IMG/VR virus record: IMGVR_UViG_3300037010_001573
Span: 64,001-128,000 of that record
Length of the DNA stretch: 64,000 bases
Source of the DNA: a virus
Taxonomy: Duplodnaviria; Heunggongvirae; Uroviricota; Caudoviricetes
Direction: 5' to 3' (one strand)
Part shown: positions 18,231-29,300 of the stretch, in pieces
How the letters are laid out: each line of letters begins with the position of its first letter
How positions within the stretch are numbered: position 1 is the first letter of the stretch
The notes under the pieces: generated by a model
What the model saw: the letters and a program-made list of their open reading frames with translations, nothing else
Databases searched by the model: none
Told to the model about the DNA's origin: nothing
Program-made: the position numbers and the translations under genes

Positions 18231-19181
18231 TTATAAATCACTCCAATCTCCCGTAGATTTAGAATAATTAGTTACTCTTCCTGCAAAAAAATCTTGATGT
18301 GTTTTACCTGAAGTTAAGTGACCAAACCATTCCATTTGTTTTAATAAATTTGGGTCTACATCATTATAAACAGCATGGTAACCTAATTCAATCATTTTTT
18401 CATTTGCTCGTGCTTTGATAAAGTTTTTTAATTGATCTACATTTAATCCTTCGACAGCACCCATTTCAAACGCTTTATCAATAAAATCATATTCTAATTG
18501 TACTGATAGATTACAGGCTTCTATAACATTGTTTCTCATTTCTGGGGTGTTAAGTTCAGGTTGTTCTTCTAATAATTTATTAAATAACCAACATCCTGCT
18601 CTTGAATGTAAGGATTCATCTCTTACACTCCATTCTACAATTTGTCCTGTTCCTTTCATTAAATTTCTTAATTGAAATGACATTAAAATAGCAAAAGATG
18701 AGAATAAATTTACACCTTCTGTAAACGCTGAGAATATTGCCAATGATACTGCTTGTTCAGCAATATTATTACCTGGTACTTCTAATAAACGTTCAATCTT
18801 TGCTTTTGATGCTTCATCTTCCATAAATGCTTCAAAATCATCTAACCCTAACTCTTCATTTAGGCGGGCATATGCTTCAGCATGTATGCTTTCAAAATCG
18901 GCAAAAACACGGGCCATAGCTTGTATTTCTGGTTTTGGGAACCATAGTGATACTTTAGTAGACCAATAATCATTTACATGTACTTCAGTTTGTGCGAATG
19001 ACTTTAAAATGTTACCTATTAAGTTCTTCTCGGGTTCTGTAAGTTTTTGTTTCCAATCATTTAAATCAGAGGCTAATGGAACTTCATCAGCTAACCAATG
19101 TACCCTGTGTTGGTCTTTATAAAAATCAAAAGCTTCTTGGTATTCGAAAGGCTTATAAAAATGCCTTGGTTGTGTTAACAT
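18231..19181 (-). CDS. nrdB: Ribonucleotide reductase class Ia beta subunit
   Basis: WLADEVPL, ESIHAEAY, EGVNLFSSF, RDESLH, DFFAGRVTNY. Confidence 0.97.
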   Translation of the reverse strand: MLTQPRHFYKPFEYQEAFDFYKDQHRVHWLADEVPLASDLNDWKQKLTEPEKNLIGNILKSFAQTEVHVNDYWSTKVSLWFPKPEIQAMARVFADFESIHAEAYARLNEELGLDDFEAFMEDEASKAKIERLLEVPGNNIAEQAVSLAIFSAFTEGVNLFSSFAILMSFQLRNLMKGTGQIVEWSVRDESLHSRAGCWLFNKLLEEQPELNTPEMRNNVIEACNLSVQLEYDFIDKAFEMGAVEGLNVDQLKNFIKARANEKMIELGYHAVYNDVDPNLLKQMEWFGHLTSGKTHQDFFAGRVTNYSKSTGDWSDL

Positions 19182-19232
19182 AAATTTTATTTTAAATTTT
19201 TAAATCGGGATTATAAATACAGAGAAATTAGG

Positions 19233-20594
19233 TTATTCCGAACTAGATATGAAACTTCTTAAAAAATCTTTTTCACCTTTATCTAAAGCATTGTAATCTT
19301 GAGGTCTATTTTGATTAACTGAAGTGTCTATCTCTAATAAGTCACTAAATATTTCTATTTTACCCATAGATGTGTCTATTTGTGAACCATATGTCATACC
19401 ATCACCACCAAGTCTGTTCTTCATAACGTGCCAACGTCCTGTTCCTTCCAATTTATCCTTTCTATTTCGGGCCAACGATAATACTATATCCCCAATCATT
19501 AATTTAGAATATGAACCAGCTATGTTATCACCTTCGATAATATCACTTTTTGCTCCACTTCTATTAGCTTGAGACGGTGTTACTATAGGTAATTTTAATT
19601 CTCTTGCTAACCCCCTAACACTAGTGTATATATCTTCTGTACCTTCTAGTCTATCACGAGAATTATTTTTCATTAAATCAATATAATCTATGAATATAAC
19701 ATCAGGAACGAAATTATCTTGCATCCTTAAGGATTCAATATGTTGTTCAACTTGATCTAATGTGGTTTTACCTGAGGGGAATTCTTTAATTAGAATATTA
19801 CCAGGTAATTTTTCTACTTCACGTTCAATATCTTTTCTATGTTTTGTCATTTGATCTACAGGAACTCCTAATAGATTAGCATCCATACGACGAGCAACAT
19901 ACGCTTCACTTAACTCTAATGTATAAAACAATACATTAAATCCTAATTTAGCAGCATGTACAGCCATCGCTATAGCACCCCATGATTTACCCCCTCCAGG
20001 ATTACCAAATAATATTACTAATTCTCCTTTTCCATAACCACCTTGTGTTATATCATTAAATACATCCCAAGGAAAAGGTATAGGATTTCTATCATCTTCT
20101 CTATAACGAGTTTCGACATCTTTAGAATATTCATGTCCTATAGATCTAATTTCACCTATTTTAAGAGCATTTAATATTAACTGACGAATAGAATCAAAAT
20201 CATTAATACCTAACAAATCTGTAGAAGCAATAATCGCTTTTTTCATTTGTTGGTTTTTACAAAAACCTAGGAATTCATCTTTAATATACTGAATGTCTGT
20301 TTGTTCTGAATCTCTATAAGCTTGTGTTAATTGTTCCTTAATAGCTATTTTTAAAACATCATTTTCAATCTTTTGTATTTCTACTTTAAGAGCTTCCATT
20401 GAAGGAACAGTATGATATTTATGGAAATATTTAAGAATTTCCTTAATTACCCACTGATGTGATGTGTTTTCAAAATATTCTTCAGTTAATGAATCTGATA
20501 TTGTTATTAAGAAATCTCTATCAGTTAATAAAGCCCCTATTACTTTTATTTGGAAAGTATTACCATATTGCGAAAGCCGTGATAAGGTTGTCAA
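19233..20594 (-). CDS. dnaB: Replicative DNA helicase (DnaB/gp41-like)
   Basis: Walker A GNPGGGKS, YTLELSE, FIDYIDLM, SQANR, KNRLG. Confidence 0.93.
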   Translation of the reverse strand: MTTLSRLSQYGNTFQIKVIGALLTDRDFLITISDSLTEEYFENTSHQWVIKEILKYFHKYHTVPSMEALKVEIQKIENDVLKIAIKEQLTQAYRDSEQTDIQYIKDEFLGFCKNQQMKKAIIASTDLLGINDFDSIRQLILNALKIGEIRSIGHEYSKDVETRYREDDRNPIPFPWDVFNDITQGGYGKGELVILFGNPGGGKSWGAIAMAVHAAKLGFNVLFYTLELSEAYVARRMDANLLGVPVDQMTKHRKDIEREVEKLPGNILIKEFPSGKTTLDQVEQHIESLRMQDNFVPDVIFIDYIDLMKNNSRDRLEGTEDIYTSVRGLARELKLPIVTPSQANRSGAKSDIIEGDNIAGSYSKLMIGDIVLSLARNRKDKLEGTGRWHVMKNRLGGDGMTYGSQIDTSMGKIEIFSDLLEIDTSVNQNRPQDYNALDKGEKDFLRSFISSSE

Positions 20595-20637
20595 TTTTTT
20601 ATTTTATTAAATGAATAATTTTATTTTTCTAAATTTA

Positions 20638-21666
20638 TTATTTTAGAAGGAGAGATCCAAAGTTTTCTACCAACCAATTTTGGGTATTTTGGATAGAATT
20701 TTGTAAACCATCAGTATCATACAATACCATGAATTTACCTACATTTAAAGGTGTTATTTCTTCACATAACAGATTTAAGATAACCTCTTTATCATACTCT
20801 GATATATTAGGTTTACGAATATTCATCAATTGGTAATTAATATTCAGTTGTTGTTTACCTGCTAGTATTTTTTTATAGGATGGGTTTGTTTTTATATTTT
20901 CTTCACTTATATTCATTATATCAACAAATGAATGTTCTTTTTCTGAATTTAGAGGGAATAATTTTATAATTTTTTTATGCCCCACACCAAATATACCAGG
21001 AAGATTATCAGAATTATCACCCAACAAAGTCTTATATATTAAAAAATTATTAGGGTGAACATTGAATTCGTCTAAAACATCTTGTATTTTAAATACTTTC
21101 TTTTTAGTAGGAGAATATATTTGAACTTTATCACTGATTAATTGGTAGAAATCTTTATCAGACGATAATATTGTTACTTTACTACAATCTTCATTGTTTT
21201 CATAATAATCAGCAATAAAACCAATACTATCGTCTGCCTCTATTTTATCTATTGATATTAAAGAAACTGGAAGTTGTTTTAGATAATGAACCAAACGTGT
21301 CATTTGGTTAACCATAGCTTCACTTTCTTCTTCTTTATCATCAAAAGTATCCCAATTAGTCACACGAGAAGTATTTCTATTTCCTTTATAATCAGGGTAT
21401 AAATTTTTCTTATTATGTGAACTTCCAACACCGTCAAAAACAAGAATTATACGTGTTGGGCGAAACATTCGGACAGCAGAACCTAAACTTCTTAAATATC
21501 CAACAAGACCACCTATATGGTGGCCTGTCGGATTTATTAAATTTACAGAAGCAAAATTTCTTATAAACGTATTCATAGAATCTACTACCAATACTCTACT
21601 ATCCTTAGTAGATTTATCGTTTTCTAAGGATGCTAATACTTGATTTAAAAATTTTTTATCAAACAT
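20638..21666 (-). CDS. 5'-3' exonuclease / RNase H (FEN family)
   Basis: VVDSMN, LVFDG, YKGNR, EADD, SSDKDFYQL, GDNSDNLPG. Confidence 0.93.
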   Translation of the reverse strand: MFDKKFLNQVLASLENDKSTKDSRVLVVDSMNTFIRNFASVNLINPTGHHIGGLVGYLRSLGSAVRMFRPTRIILVFDGVGSSHNKKNLYPDYKGNRNTSRVTNWDTFDDKEEESEAMVNQMTRLVHYLKQLPVSLISIDKIEADDSIGFIADYYENNEDCSKVTILSSDKDFYQLISDKVQIYSPTKKKVFKIQDVLDEFNVHPNNFLIYKTLLGDNSDNLPGIFGVGHKKIIKLFPLNSEKEHSFVDIMNISEENIKTNPSYKKILAGKQQLNINYQLMNIRKPNISEYDKEVILNLLCEEITPLNVGKFMVLYDTDGLQNSIQNTQNWLVENFGSLLLK

Positions 21667-22763
21667 TATTCATCTGCTATTTCAATAATAGGAGAAATAT
21701 TTTTACTTTCTTCCCATTCAGAGTTATCTTCAACTATTTGTAAAGTATCAATATCTACAGTTTCTTCAAACCACTCATTTGCATATTGTTTTTTGTATAC
21801 TTTCACAGCATCTGGATCATCAGGTATGAATCCATGTGGTGTAACAATAACAGTTGATGTTGTAGCTATACCACAGTCAGCATGTATTTTATCAATTGCT
21901 ATTTTAGTACGTTTAGCAAATTCAACTTTTTTACCTTTATGCTGCACATTAATTTTAGATGTACCACTATTGGTGACATTACCAAATGTAATAACAATAG
22001 CAGCATCCCAATACATTGCATTTCCCCCTTTATTTGTCATTCTTGGTTGAGACATAGGTGTTAATGCAGGTTGAACACCTGTTTTATTAATAACAAAGAA
22101 AGTATTAGTATATGGGTATTTTTCTTTACGTGAAAGTGGAAACTGTTGGTTAATAAAATTACCAAACTGGGTTGCCATAGCTCCGGCATTCCACATTGGG
22201 TTATTGTTACCTTGTTTAACACTCATTTCGCATGGTATTGAACCTACTGAATCCCATAAAAATAACAAATCATAAGGTAATTTACCTTTTTTCTGTTCAT
22301 TTAGAATATCAGCAATAAAAGATGATACATCTTCTATAGTATTCAACGAAGATCTATCGACATAAAGGAAAAATCCTTTATAATCTACAACCTCACCAGT
22401 TTCATCATCTGCCATAGCTTCTACTTCAAATCCCATTTTTTTAGCATGAGCGAAATCCCATTTCATCTCAGTAATAATGAATATAGGTAAAACTTCATTT
22501 TGTTGAGCAGCAATAGCAGCTTCAATCAATAATGTTGTTTTTCCTGTATCGGAACCCCCACGAGCAATTGTTACTTGCCCCATAGGGATTCCAGGAATAG
22601 AAAGAGCATCTTGTACAGCCGGTGAAAATGGTATCCATCTTTGTTTTTTAAATTTAGAAGATTCTGTTAAATTTTTAGATTTTTTAAAATTTTCTAAACT
22701 AAAACCCTTATCAGATGATTTAATGGCAGATGATACTGCCCCACTTACACTAGGTCTTCCCAT
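21666..22763 (-). CDS. recA: RecA/UvsX-like recombinase
   Basis: Walker A GGSDTGKT, FLWDSVGS, GGNAMYW. Confidence 0.85.
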   Translation of the reverse strand: MGRPSVSGAVSSAIKSSDKGFSLENFKKSKNLTESSKFKKQRWIPFSPAVQDALSIPGIPMGQVTIARGGSDTGKTTLLIEAAIAAQQNEVLPIFIITEMKWDFAHAKKMGFEVEAMADDETGEVVDYKGFFLYVDRSSLNTIEDVSSFIADILNEQKKGKLPYDLLFLWDSVGSIPCEMSVKQGNNNPMWNAGAMATQFGNFINQQFPLSRKEKYPYTNTFFVINKTGVQPALTPMSQPRMTNKGGNAMYWDAAIVITFGNVTNSGTSKINVQHKGKKVEFAKRTKIAIDKIHADCGIATTSTVIVTPHGFIPDDPDAVKVYKKQYANEWFEETVDIDTLQIVEDNSEWEESKNISPIIEIADE

Positions 22764-22765
22764 AA

Positions 22766-23617
22766 TTATTCTTCAAATAAAGCATCAAATTTATCCGCTT
22801 TTGCTTTTTTTACAGGAGCAGCCGATTGTACACCAACATTTGAATTAGCTTTATCATCCCAAGGCATATCATCAAACTTACTATCATCCTTAGTGCTAGA
22901 TTCTGTATCATCTTCATCTTTTGTCACGATTGATTCATTGTCATCTTCATCTTCAGGATTAGCCCATTTTTGAAAGATTTCATTCAAGCTTTCGTAAGTG
23001 TGTTTTTTGTTGATAGACATGATATCTGGTTGATCCTCCAAATACGATGTTAATAAAGTAGCATCCTCTGTTATAGCTGATGTTTTAACTCTAGGAGTTA
23101 ATGTGCATTTTACTACTTTTTTTCCTAGCATTTCACTGTCAATACCTTCAACAACAAAATCACGTCCTTCACTTACATCGGTGAAGTCTCCATAATCTTC
23201 ATTCATTGCGATATTCATCAATTGCGTGTAAATTTCTTTACCAAATTCCCACAAACGCACTCCATTTCCTTCTTCACCACGAACAACAACTGGTGCAAAA
23301 ACTCTCATTTTAGGAGTAATCTTTTTAGCCATAGCCCAATGATCAGGATTGTCAGATTTGCGTAGTTTTTGTGCTGCCTCTACAATAGGGTCAGCTTCAC
23401 CCCAGTTAGATAATGCTAAAATAGGTGCTTTAGTGTAACCATAGTGAAAATAAATCTCACGAAACGGGTTTGACTTGTTAAATTTAGACGGAATTATACG
23501 AACTTGGTGTTTACCCGCTTTCGGTTTCCAAAAAATTTTACTGTAGTCAATTTTTTCTTTTGATTGTCCCTTGTTTTGGAACGAATCTAATTTTGATTTG
23601 ATCAAAGATAAATCCAT
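22766..23617 (-). CDS. Single-stranded DNA-binding protein (gp32-like)
   Basis: FWKPKAGKHQVRIIP, LWEFGK, DFTDVSEGRD and acidic C-terminal tail. Confidence 0.8.
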   Translation of the reverse strand: MDLSLIKSKLDSFQNKGQSKEKIDYSKIFWKPKAGKHQVRIIPSKFNKSNPFREIYFHYGYTKAPILALSNWGEADPIVEAAQKLRKSDNPDHWAMAKKITPKMRVFAPVVVRGEEGNGVRLWEFGKEIYTQLMNIAMNEDYGDFTDVSEGRDFVVEGIDSEMLGKKVVKCTLTPRVKTSAITEDATLLTSYLEDQPDIMSINKKHTYESLNEIFQKWANPEDEDDNESIVTKDEDDTESSTKDDSKFDDMPWDDKANSNVGVQSAAPVKKAKADKFDALFEE

Positions 23618-23668
23618 AACATTAAATAATTTTATGTTTATTAATAAAGTAAATATACAGAAGGAAGT

Positions 23669-24075
23669 CTAGAAAGCCAAATTATATTTGGCAGATTTTA
23701 AAATATCTTCAGGCGAAGAATCCCATTTAATATCTATACATTTAATATTTGATGTGCCTTTATAATCTGAGATCCTAACAGGGATACCATTAAGTTTAAA
23801 ATAGATGGATTGGGTACTTATTGATGGATTGTAATCAGTTATTATACCTTTATTTTGTAACCACTTAAATATTTTTTCTATTTTATAATAAGTTAAATGA
23901 TTTTTAAAACTATTTAAAGTAAAAGAACCTTTATTCTTTTTATAATTTATAAAAAACCTAGGTTTACTTAAAGAATCATAATGAGTAGAAATATTTCTTA
24001 CGGATAAATTAGGAAAATATTTTTTCCTTCATTATACACATTTAAAACATCATTATCTACTTCTCCATGTACCAT
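23669..24075 (-). pseudogene. Frameshifted hypothetical gene
   Basis: ATG overlaps the upstream TAA; a -1 shift at the A6 run (24020-24025) opens ~115 codons containing SIYFKLNGIPVRISDY, ending at TAG 23669. Confidence 0.55.
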
Positions 24076-24530
24076 TACAATTCAATAATATTAAAAATTT
24101 TTGTATGAACTTTTCTAAGTCCACCATCTTGGGTAAGTAATATAACGTTTCGGTGGTCTGACCAGTTTACTTTATAATCAGTATTTAACATCCCACCATT
24201 TAATTCTTTAATCAATGCATTAAGGGCATTGATTGTATATAAAGTATTTGACTCTTTTTTTCTATGTACTAAAATAGTACCAGGAAGTGCATTTTTTGAG
24301 TTAGTATTTATAACATCAAGGTTATACGTAAGAATATATTCGTTTGTATCTGGAGAAGACAAAACAAAGATTTTATTATATAAAATTGAATATTTATTTA
24401 CTAATATATTTATAGTATTATCTAATTTATCTGAATCGATAAAAGTGCAAAAAAGTTTATTTCCTACCATTTCATTTATAACAATGTTGTCGAATTTATA
24501 GCTAGTCATAAATATTGGTTGTTGTATCAT
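24075..24530 (-). CDS. Conserved hypothetical protein
   Basis: HRKKESNTLYTINALN motif; upstream of SSB. Confidence 0.7.
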   Translation of the reverse strand: MIQQPIFMTSYKFDNIVINEMVGNKLFCTFIDSDKLDNTINILVNKYSILYNKIFVLSSPDTNEYILTYNLDVINTNSKNALPGTILVHRKKESNTLYTINALNALIKELNGGMLNTDYKVNWSDHRNVILLTQDGGLRKVHTKIFNIIEL

Positions 24531-24540
24531 AACCTTATTT

Positions 24541-25821
24541 TTATTTTATTATATTATAATTAGTTCCTGATTTGATTTTTGTAGGGTATTTTAATTTTTT
24601 CATAATATTTTTTATTTGTGGTATTTCATCATCAATGGCATCAATTAATATAGAATCATATGTGTATAAAATAATTCTTGATTTTAGATCTATGAATTCT
24701 TCAAATAAGTTATCCATTTGTTCAATATTTTGTGATGTTTCAAAATTTTGCACAATATAATTTAATACTTTTTGTGGGTTCGGTTTTTCTATATCTTTCA
24801 AATGAAATATTTTACCAGAAGGAGCAACAATATAACCCTTTTTAGTTATATCCATCCATATTTCATTAGTTAATTCATTTATTTCTTTAAAAAACGGTTT
24901 ATTTCGTAAATTGTAACTTATACCACCATATAAATTCTGAAATGTTATTGTTTTTACATTATTTATGTCATTTTCTTCCAGAATAAGGGCTATTTGTTCA
25001 TAAACATTTGTGTGAAAATCAAATTCATAACCAACTAATGTTCCTAATAAACGAGGATGATAACCATTAAAATCAAATTCTAAAAACGAACTATTTTCAG
25101 GCACGAAACATGCTCGCTCTCCATTCTCCTTACCTAAAGCCGCGTAATTTATGTTGTTAAATGCATTAGACGGACGCCCAGTTAAAGTATATAAATTGTA
25201 GTTTGTATATGCTCGTCCTTTTTTAATAGAAAATTGTAATGTTTGGTGATTTTTATAAAAATTTAAAAAACACTGTTTATCCAGTTTAATTCCTTTTTTT
25301 TCTATATTAAAGAAAAAATTAATTTTTTTATTTGTAAAATCTGTATTCTTTCTTATATAAGGTTGTATACCATTGTATAAGTTTTCACAATATTCGTAAT
25401 GTTTGGATATAGGAACTAAATGGTTTACATTATATAATGAACCAAAACGTCTATAAAAATCAGACAATATAGTAGGTTCATATTTTTCTGTTTCCAACAG
25501 AATACCTTCCTTATCTATATATTGAAAATTTATATCATTTATATCTTTATTTAAAAAATAACGAGTATATTTAGCATTTAATGCATATATTTCTTTTCCT
25601 AATAAGAATTCTTTAAGAGAACCCCAATCTAAACTAAGAGATTCATTGTGTTTAATACAAAACATATACCCCTTATCGTTAAACGGCTTAACATATATCA
25701 AAGATATTTCAGATATAGCAGGGTGGTAGTTGTTATTATTGGATATTATATGAACAAAACACTCATTAAATTGAGGTATTGAAGATAACTGTGAGTTTTT
25801 TTCTATTATATAAAATGACAT
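24541..25821 (-). CDS. Minimal family A (PolI-like) DNA polymerase
   Basis: TLTGRPSN, motif A EFDFNGYHPRLL, motif B KTITFQNLYG, motif C YTYDSILID. Confidence 0.75.
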   Translation of the reverse strand: MSFYIIEKNSQLSSIPQFNECFVHIISNNNNYHPAISEISLIYVKPFNDKGYMFCIKHNESLSLDWGSLKEFLLGKEIYALNAKYTRYFLNKDINDINFQYIDKEGILLETEKYEPTILSDFYRRFGSLYNVNHLVPISKHYEYCENLYNGIQPYIRKNTDFTNKKINFFFNIEKKGIKLDKQCFLNFYKNHQTLQFSIKKGRAYTNYNLYTLTGRPSNAFNNINYAALGKENGERACFVPENSSFLEFDFNGYHPRLLGTLVGYEFDFHTNVYEQIALILEENDINNVKTITFQNLYGGISYNLRNKPFFKEINELTNEIWMDITKKGYIVAPSGKIFHLKDIEKPNPQKVLNYIVQNFETSQNIEQMDNLFEEFIDLKSRIILYTYDSILIDAIDDEIPQIKNIMKKLKYPTKIKSGTNYNIIK

Positions 25822-25862
25822 AACCTATTTTTTTTAACTTCTATAAAGATATAAAAGTTCTT

Positions 25863-26303
25863 CTAGGATGCCAAAAAAGATTTTAATCCAAACATTTGAT
25901 TATTCAATATATCTAGATTTTGTGTCATTTTATTATAAGATATTACTTGAAATGTGCTAGATAGCACACCAACATATTGATCGTATGTTGGTTTGTCTAT
26001 TTCTTTAATTAATATTTTAGGAGATGTTAAATCTTTATAAAAATATCGGATGTTATTAGAAGTAGATATACCCCCAATCATAGGTATTGATTTAACTTGA
26101 TTATTATTTAAATTTACAGGTAAATTATATATTTCTAAAGGTAAAGAAGAATCATTGTAATTCTTTCCAGTTGAATATGTAACACCATTTATTATATTAT
26201 AAAAACCTATATACGGGGTTTTAGAATTAGGTAATAATAGTATAACATCAACACCATTAGTATATTGATTTTCTAAAATTTTATTTTTTGGTATTTGTCT
26301 CAT
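25863..26303 (-). CDS. Hypothetical protein, end of the baseplate operon
   Basis: Overlaps the stop of the hub/lysozyme gene. Confidence 0.6.
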   Translation of the reverse strand: MRQIPKNKILENQYTNGVDVILLLPNSKTPYIGFYNIINGVTYSTGKNYNDSSLPLEIYNLPVNLNNNQVKSIPMIGGISTSNNIRYFYKDLTSPKILIKEIDKPTYDQYVGVLSSTFQVISYNKMTQNLDILNNQMFGLKSFLAS

Positions 26304-29300
26304 TAATTAAATTCTCCGTTTTGTATTCTTTCTAATAAATCCTTGGTAAATCCTATTCTATTTCCAGTTTCGGATGCTTGTAATACATCTTGGTAAGTGG
26401 TATTAGTTCCTTTAGTTATACCACCAAAACGTTCATAAGAAGCGGCAGCAGCGATGGCATCCTCCAAAGTAGAAGATGTTTTTAGTTTTTTATTTGAACC
26501 AGATGAAGAAGTATTTAATTCTTCTATTATAAAAGATAGTTGTGTATCTATATTTTTGTAATTTGGTTTAGATTGTAAGTTAATTTTTCTATCTCCCAAC
26601 CACTGTGCTATTCCTATAGCCCCTATTCCGTTTGTTATATCAGGCATCAATCGAGATTCTTGAATAAAACCACCAACTAAAGCAGCTGTTTGAAAATCTG
26701 TATATCCTTTTTTTAAGAAAAATTGTACTGCTTTTTTAATATTAACTGGGTTTATATGTTTTGTACTAGCAAATGATATTGTAGCATTACCAATAACTGT
26801 ATCTCCGGATGATGGATATTTATTATTATTCCAGTTTTTTGAAATGTCTTTACCTATAGCTTGTTCAAAAACAATAGGATATGCTTTTATATCAGTAGTC
26901 CAATCATTATCAGTTATATTATGACTAAGTCCGGCTACTATATATGCCATTTTTCTCCCACCAACATTTTTATAACCTTTAGGCACTATATCTTGATTTA
27001 TTTGAAATAAATTTCCTATAATAAACCCACCTAAACCATCCATAGTTATATTTAGTTCAGTAGGGATTATTGTTTTGAATTTATTTCTTCCATCAAATTT
27101 ATCAATATTTGCTAAAAAATCCCTAAAAGCAAAATTTAAACCACCATATATTAATGTATTATCATCTTTTCCTTTTCCTTGTAATGTTTTAAAATATTCC
27201 CACATTTGAGTTAAAAAAGGTAATATATATGTTGTTTCAATATTTGAATTTGGTAATGAATCAGGAGTTATTTTTTTAGGAATTATTCTATCCGATATTC
27301 CTTCATTCCATGCTACTAAAGTAGCATTATCATATCCCAAAGTTGCAACACCTTCAGGATCCTGAGCACTTATTGCTATGATAGAACCCATTTCTGGGAA
27401 TATTTTAGAAGAAAATTTATAATTTCTTACAACTGAATTTAGGTTATGAATTTGTAATGTAAATGGTTCTTTATCTTGACCAGGGTTTCCTGTATAATTG
27501 ATATCTATTATTCTCCCTACAGCATTTCTGCTATCTACTTGAATATCAAAACTATTTATATTTCCTAAACTGTTTTGTGTTTCTCTTAATATACCCTGTA
27601 GATAAGATAATATAGATATGTTATTTTTATTTTGGGTATCGTTAGATGCCATGTTTTTCGATACTGCTTGTTCATAAAGAAAATTCAAATTGATATATAT
27701 GTTACCTATATTACCAAGTTGTTTAGAATTTAATGAAGATGGTACTAAAAACTGTTTAGCATTGTCATTTATATTAACACCAGCAATATTTGATATTTGT
27801 TCTGCTATTTTAGGTATATCTTCATTAAGAGTGGCTTGTAATTCGGGTGTTATACGTGCTTTAGTTAAAGCCAATGTTAAAGCATTCAAAACACTTTGCT
27901 TATCCCATAATTTCCCAGTGTTATCTTTAACAAGTTTAGAATCACCATTTAAAAAAGGATCTTCAACAGCACCAGTGTGTTTTGTCAAATTTATTCCACC
28001 GTTTTTATTATAATCATATATGAATAAACCATTATATATAAACTCAATATTAGAACCAAAATAAGAACTAAAATCTACTGTTATACTGTTTGTATTATCA
28101 AAATTAGTATTTGATTTAAATGAAGTACCATCATAAAAAGTAAAAACAGGAATTAGATTGTTTCCCTGTATTGTGTAGTCCGCTTTTTTTAAAGAATTTA
28201 CTAAATCAACAGATAATTCTGTAATAGTAGATTGTAGATTCCCATTAAAGGTATATTCTGTCTGACCTGGTATTAAAACTGAACCCATTAATGCTGTATT
28301 ACCTAATGCTCTTGTTATACCAGATTGTATATCATGTCTTTGTATGTTACCACCAAATCTTTGAAAAATATTAATAGGATGAACACCCGTATTATAACCA
28401 GATGATTTAGATTCTATAAAAACCTTAATATCTTTACTAATCGGTTTAAGAGATACAGAAGTTTGAGTCTGATCTGTTTTTACATTAATTTTTAAATTAT
28501 TCCAACTATCATTCTGAATGTAGCATATTCCTAAATTTGTAGATAAAGAATAAGGACTTGATATACATTTAAGTAAATCTTTAGTTAATTCACCTTCTTG
28601 ATTTTGTTCATTTGTTGTAATTTGAATTAAAGGATTTTTTTTATCATCTGATATTAAAACATGTTTATTTAATAAATCACAAAAGCTTTTTAATGTAATG
28701 AAATATTCATAATCACTTCCTTTTCCCAATATTTTAGTAAGTCCTCCTCTATTATTTTTTTGGCTATTTTTTACATTTAATTTAAGAATATCATAATAAT
28801 TGATAGAACCATCAGGATTTGGAGTATCTTTAATAACAAAATTGGTAATATTTTTGTCATTTTTAGTACTTGTGTAATTATATATTTCTTGTAACAAACC
28901 TGGGATCATGCCTTTCTTATATGATTCAACAACATTATCTCTAGAAGAATCTGGAATATTTAATATTCCTTTTCCAGAAGAATCTAATGCTTTTGTGTTC
29001 ATTGGAACCCAATTGCATTTTAAAGATTCTAATATTTCACCTAAAGATATTATAGTAGTAGTACAATCATATCCACCATCTTCCCTAGCACTCCAATTAT
29101 AATTTTTGACATACCCAATAAGAGCATCGTAATTCCCACTACTGTTTGTTATTAAAGAATGTATTCCTTTAAAAGCATCATTTAATGATTTAGGAGGGCT
29201 ATTTAAAATATCATATGATGGTAATGCACCGTTTATTTTAGCATAATTCCACCCAAATTCCAAAAGAACAGTATATCCAGGACGCATGTATAAAATTTCT

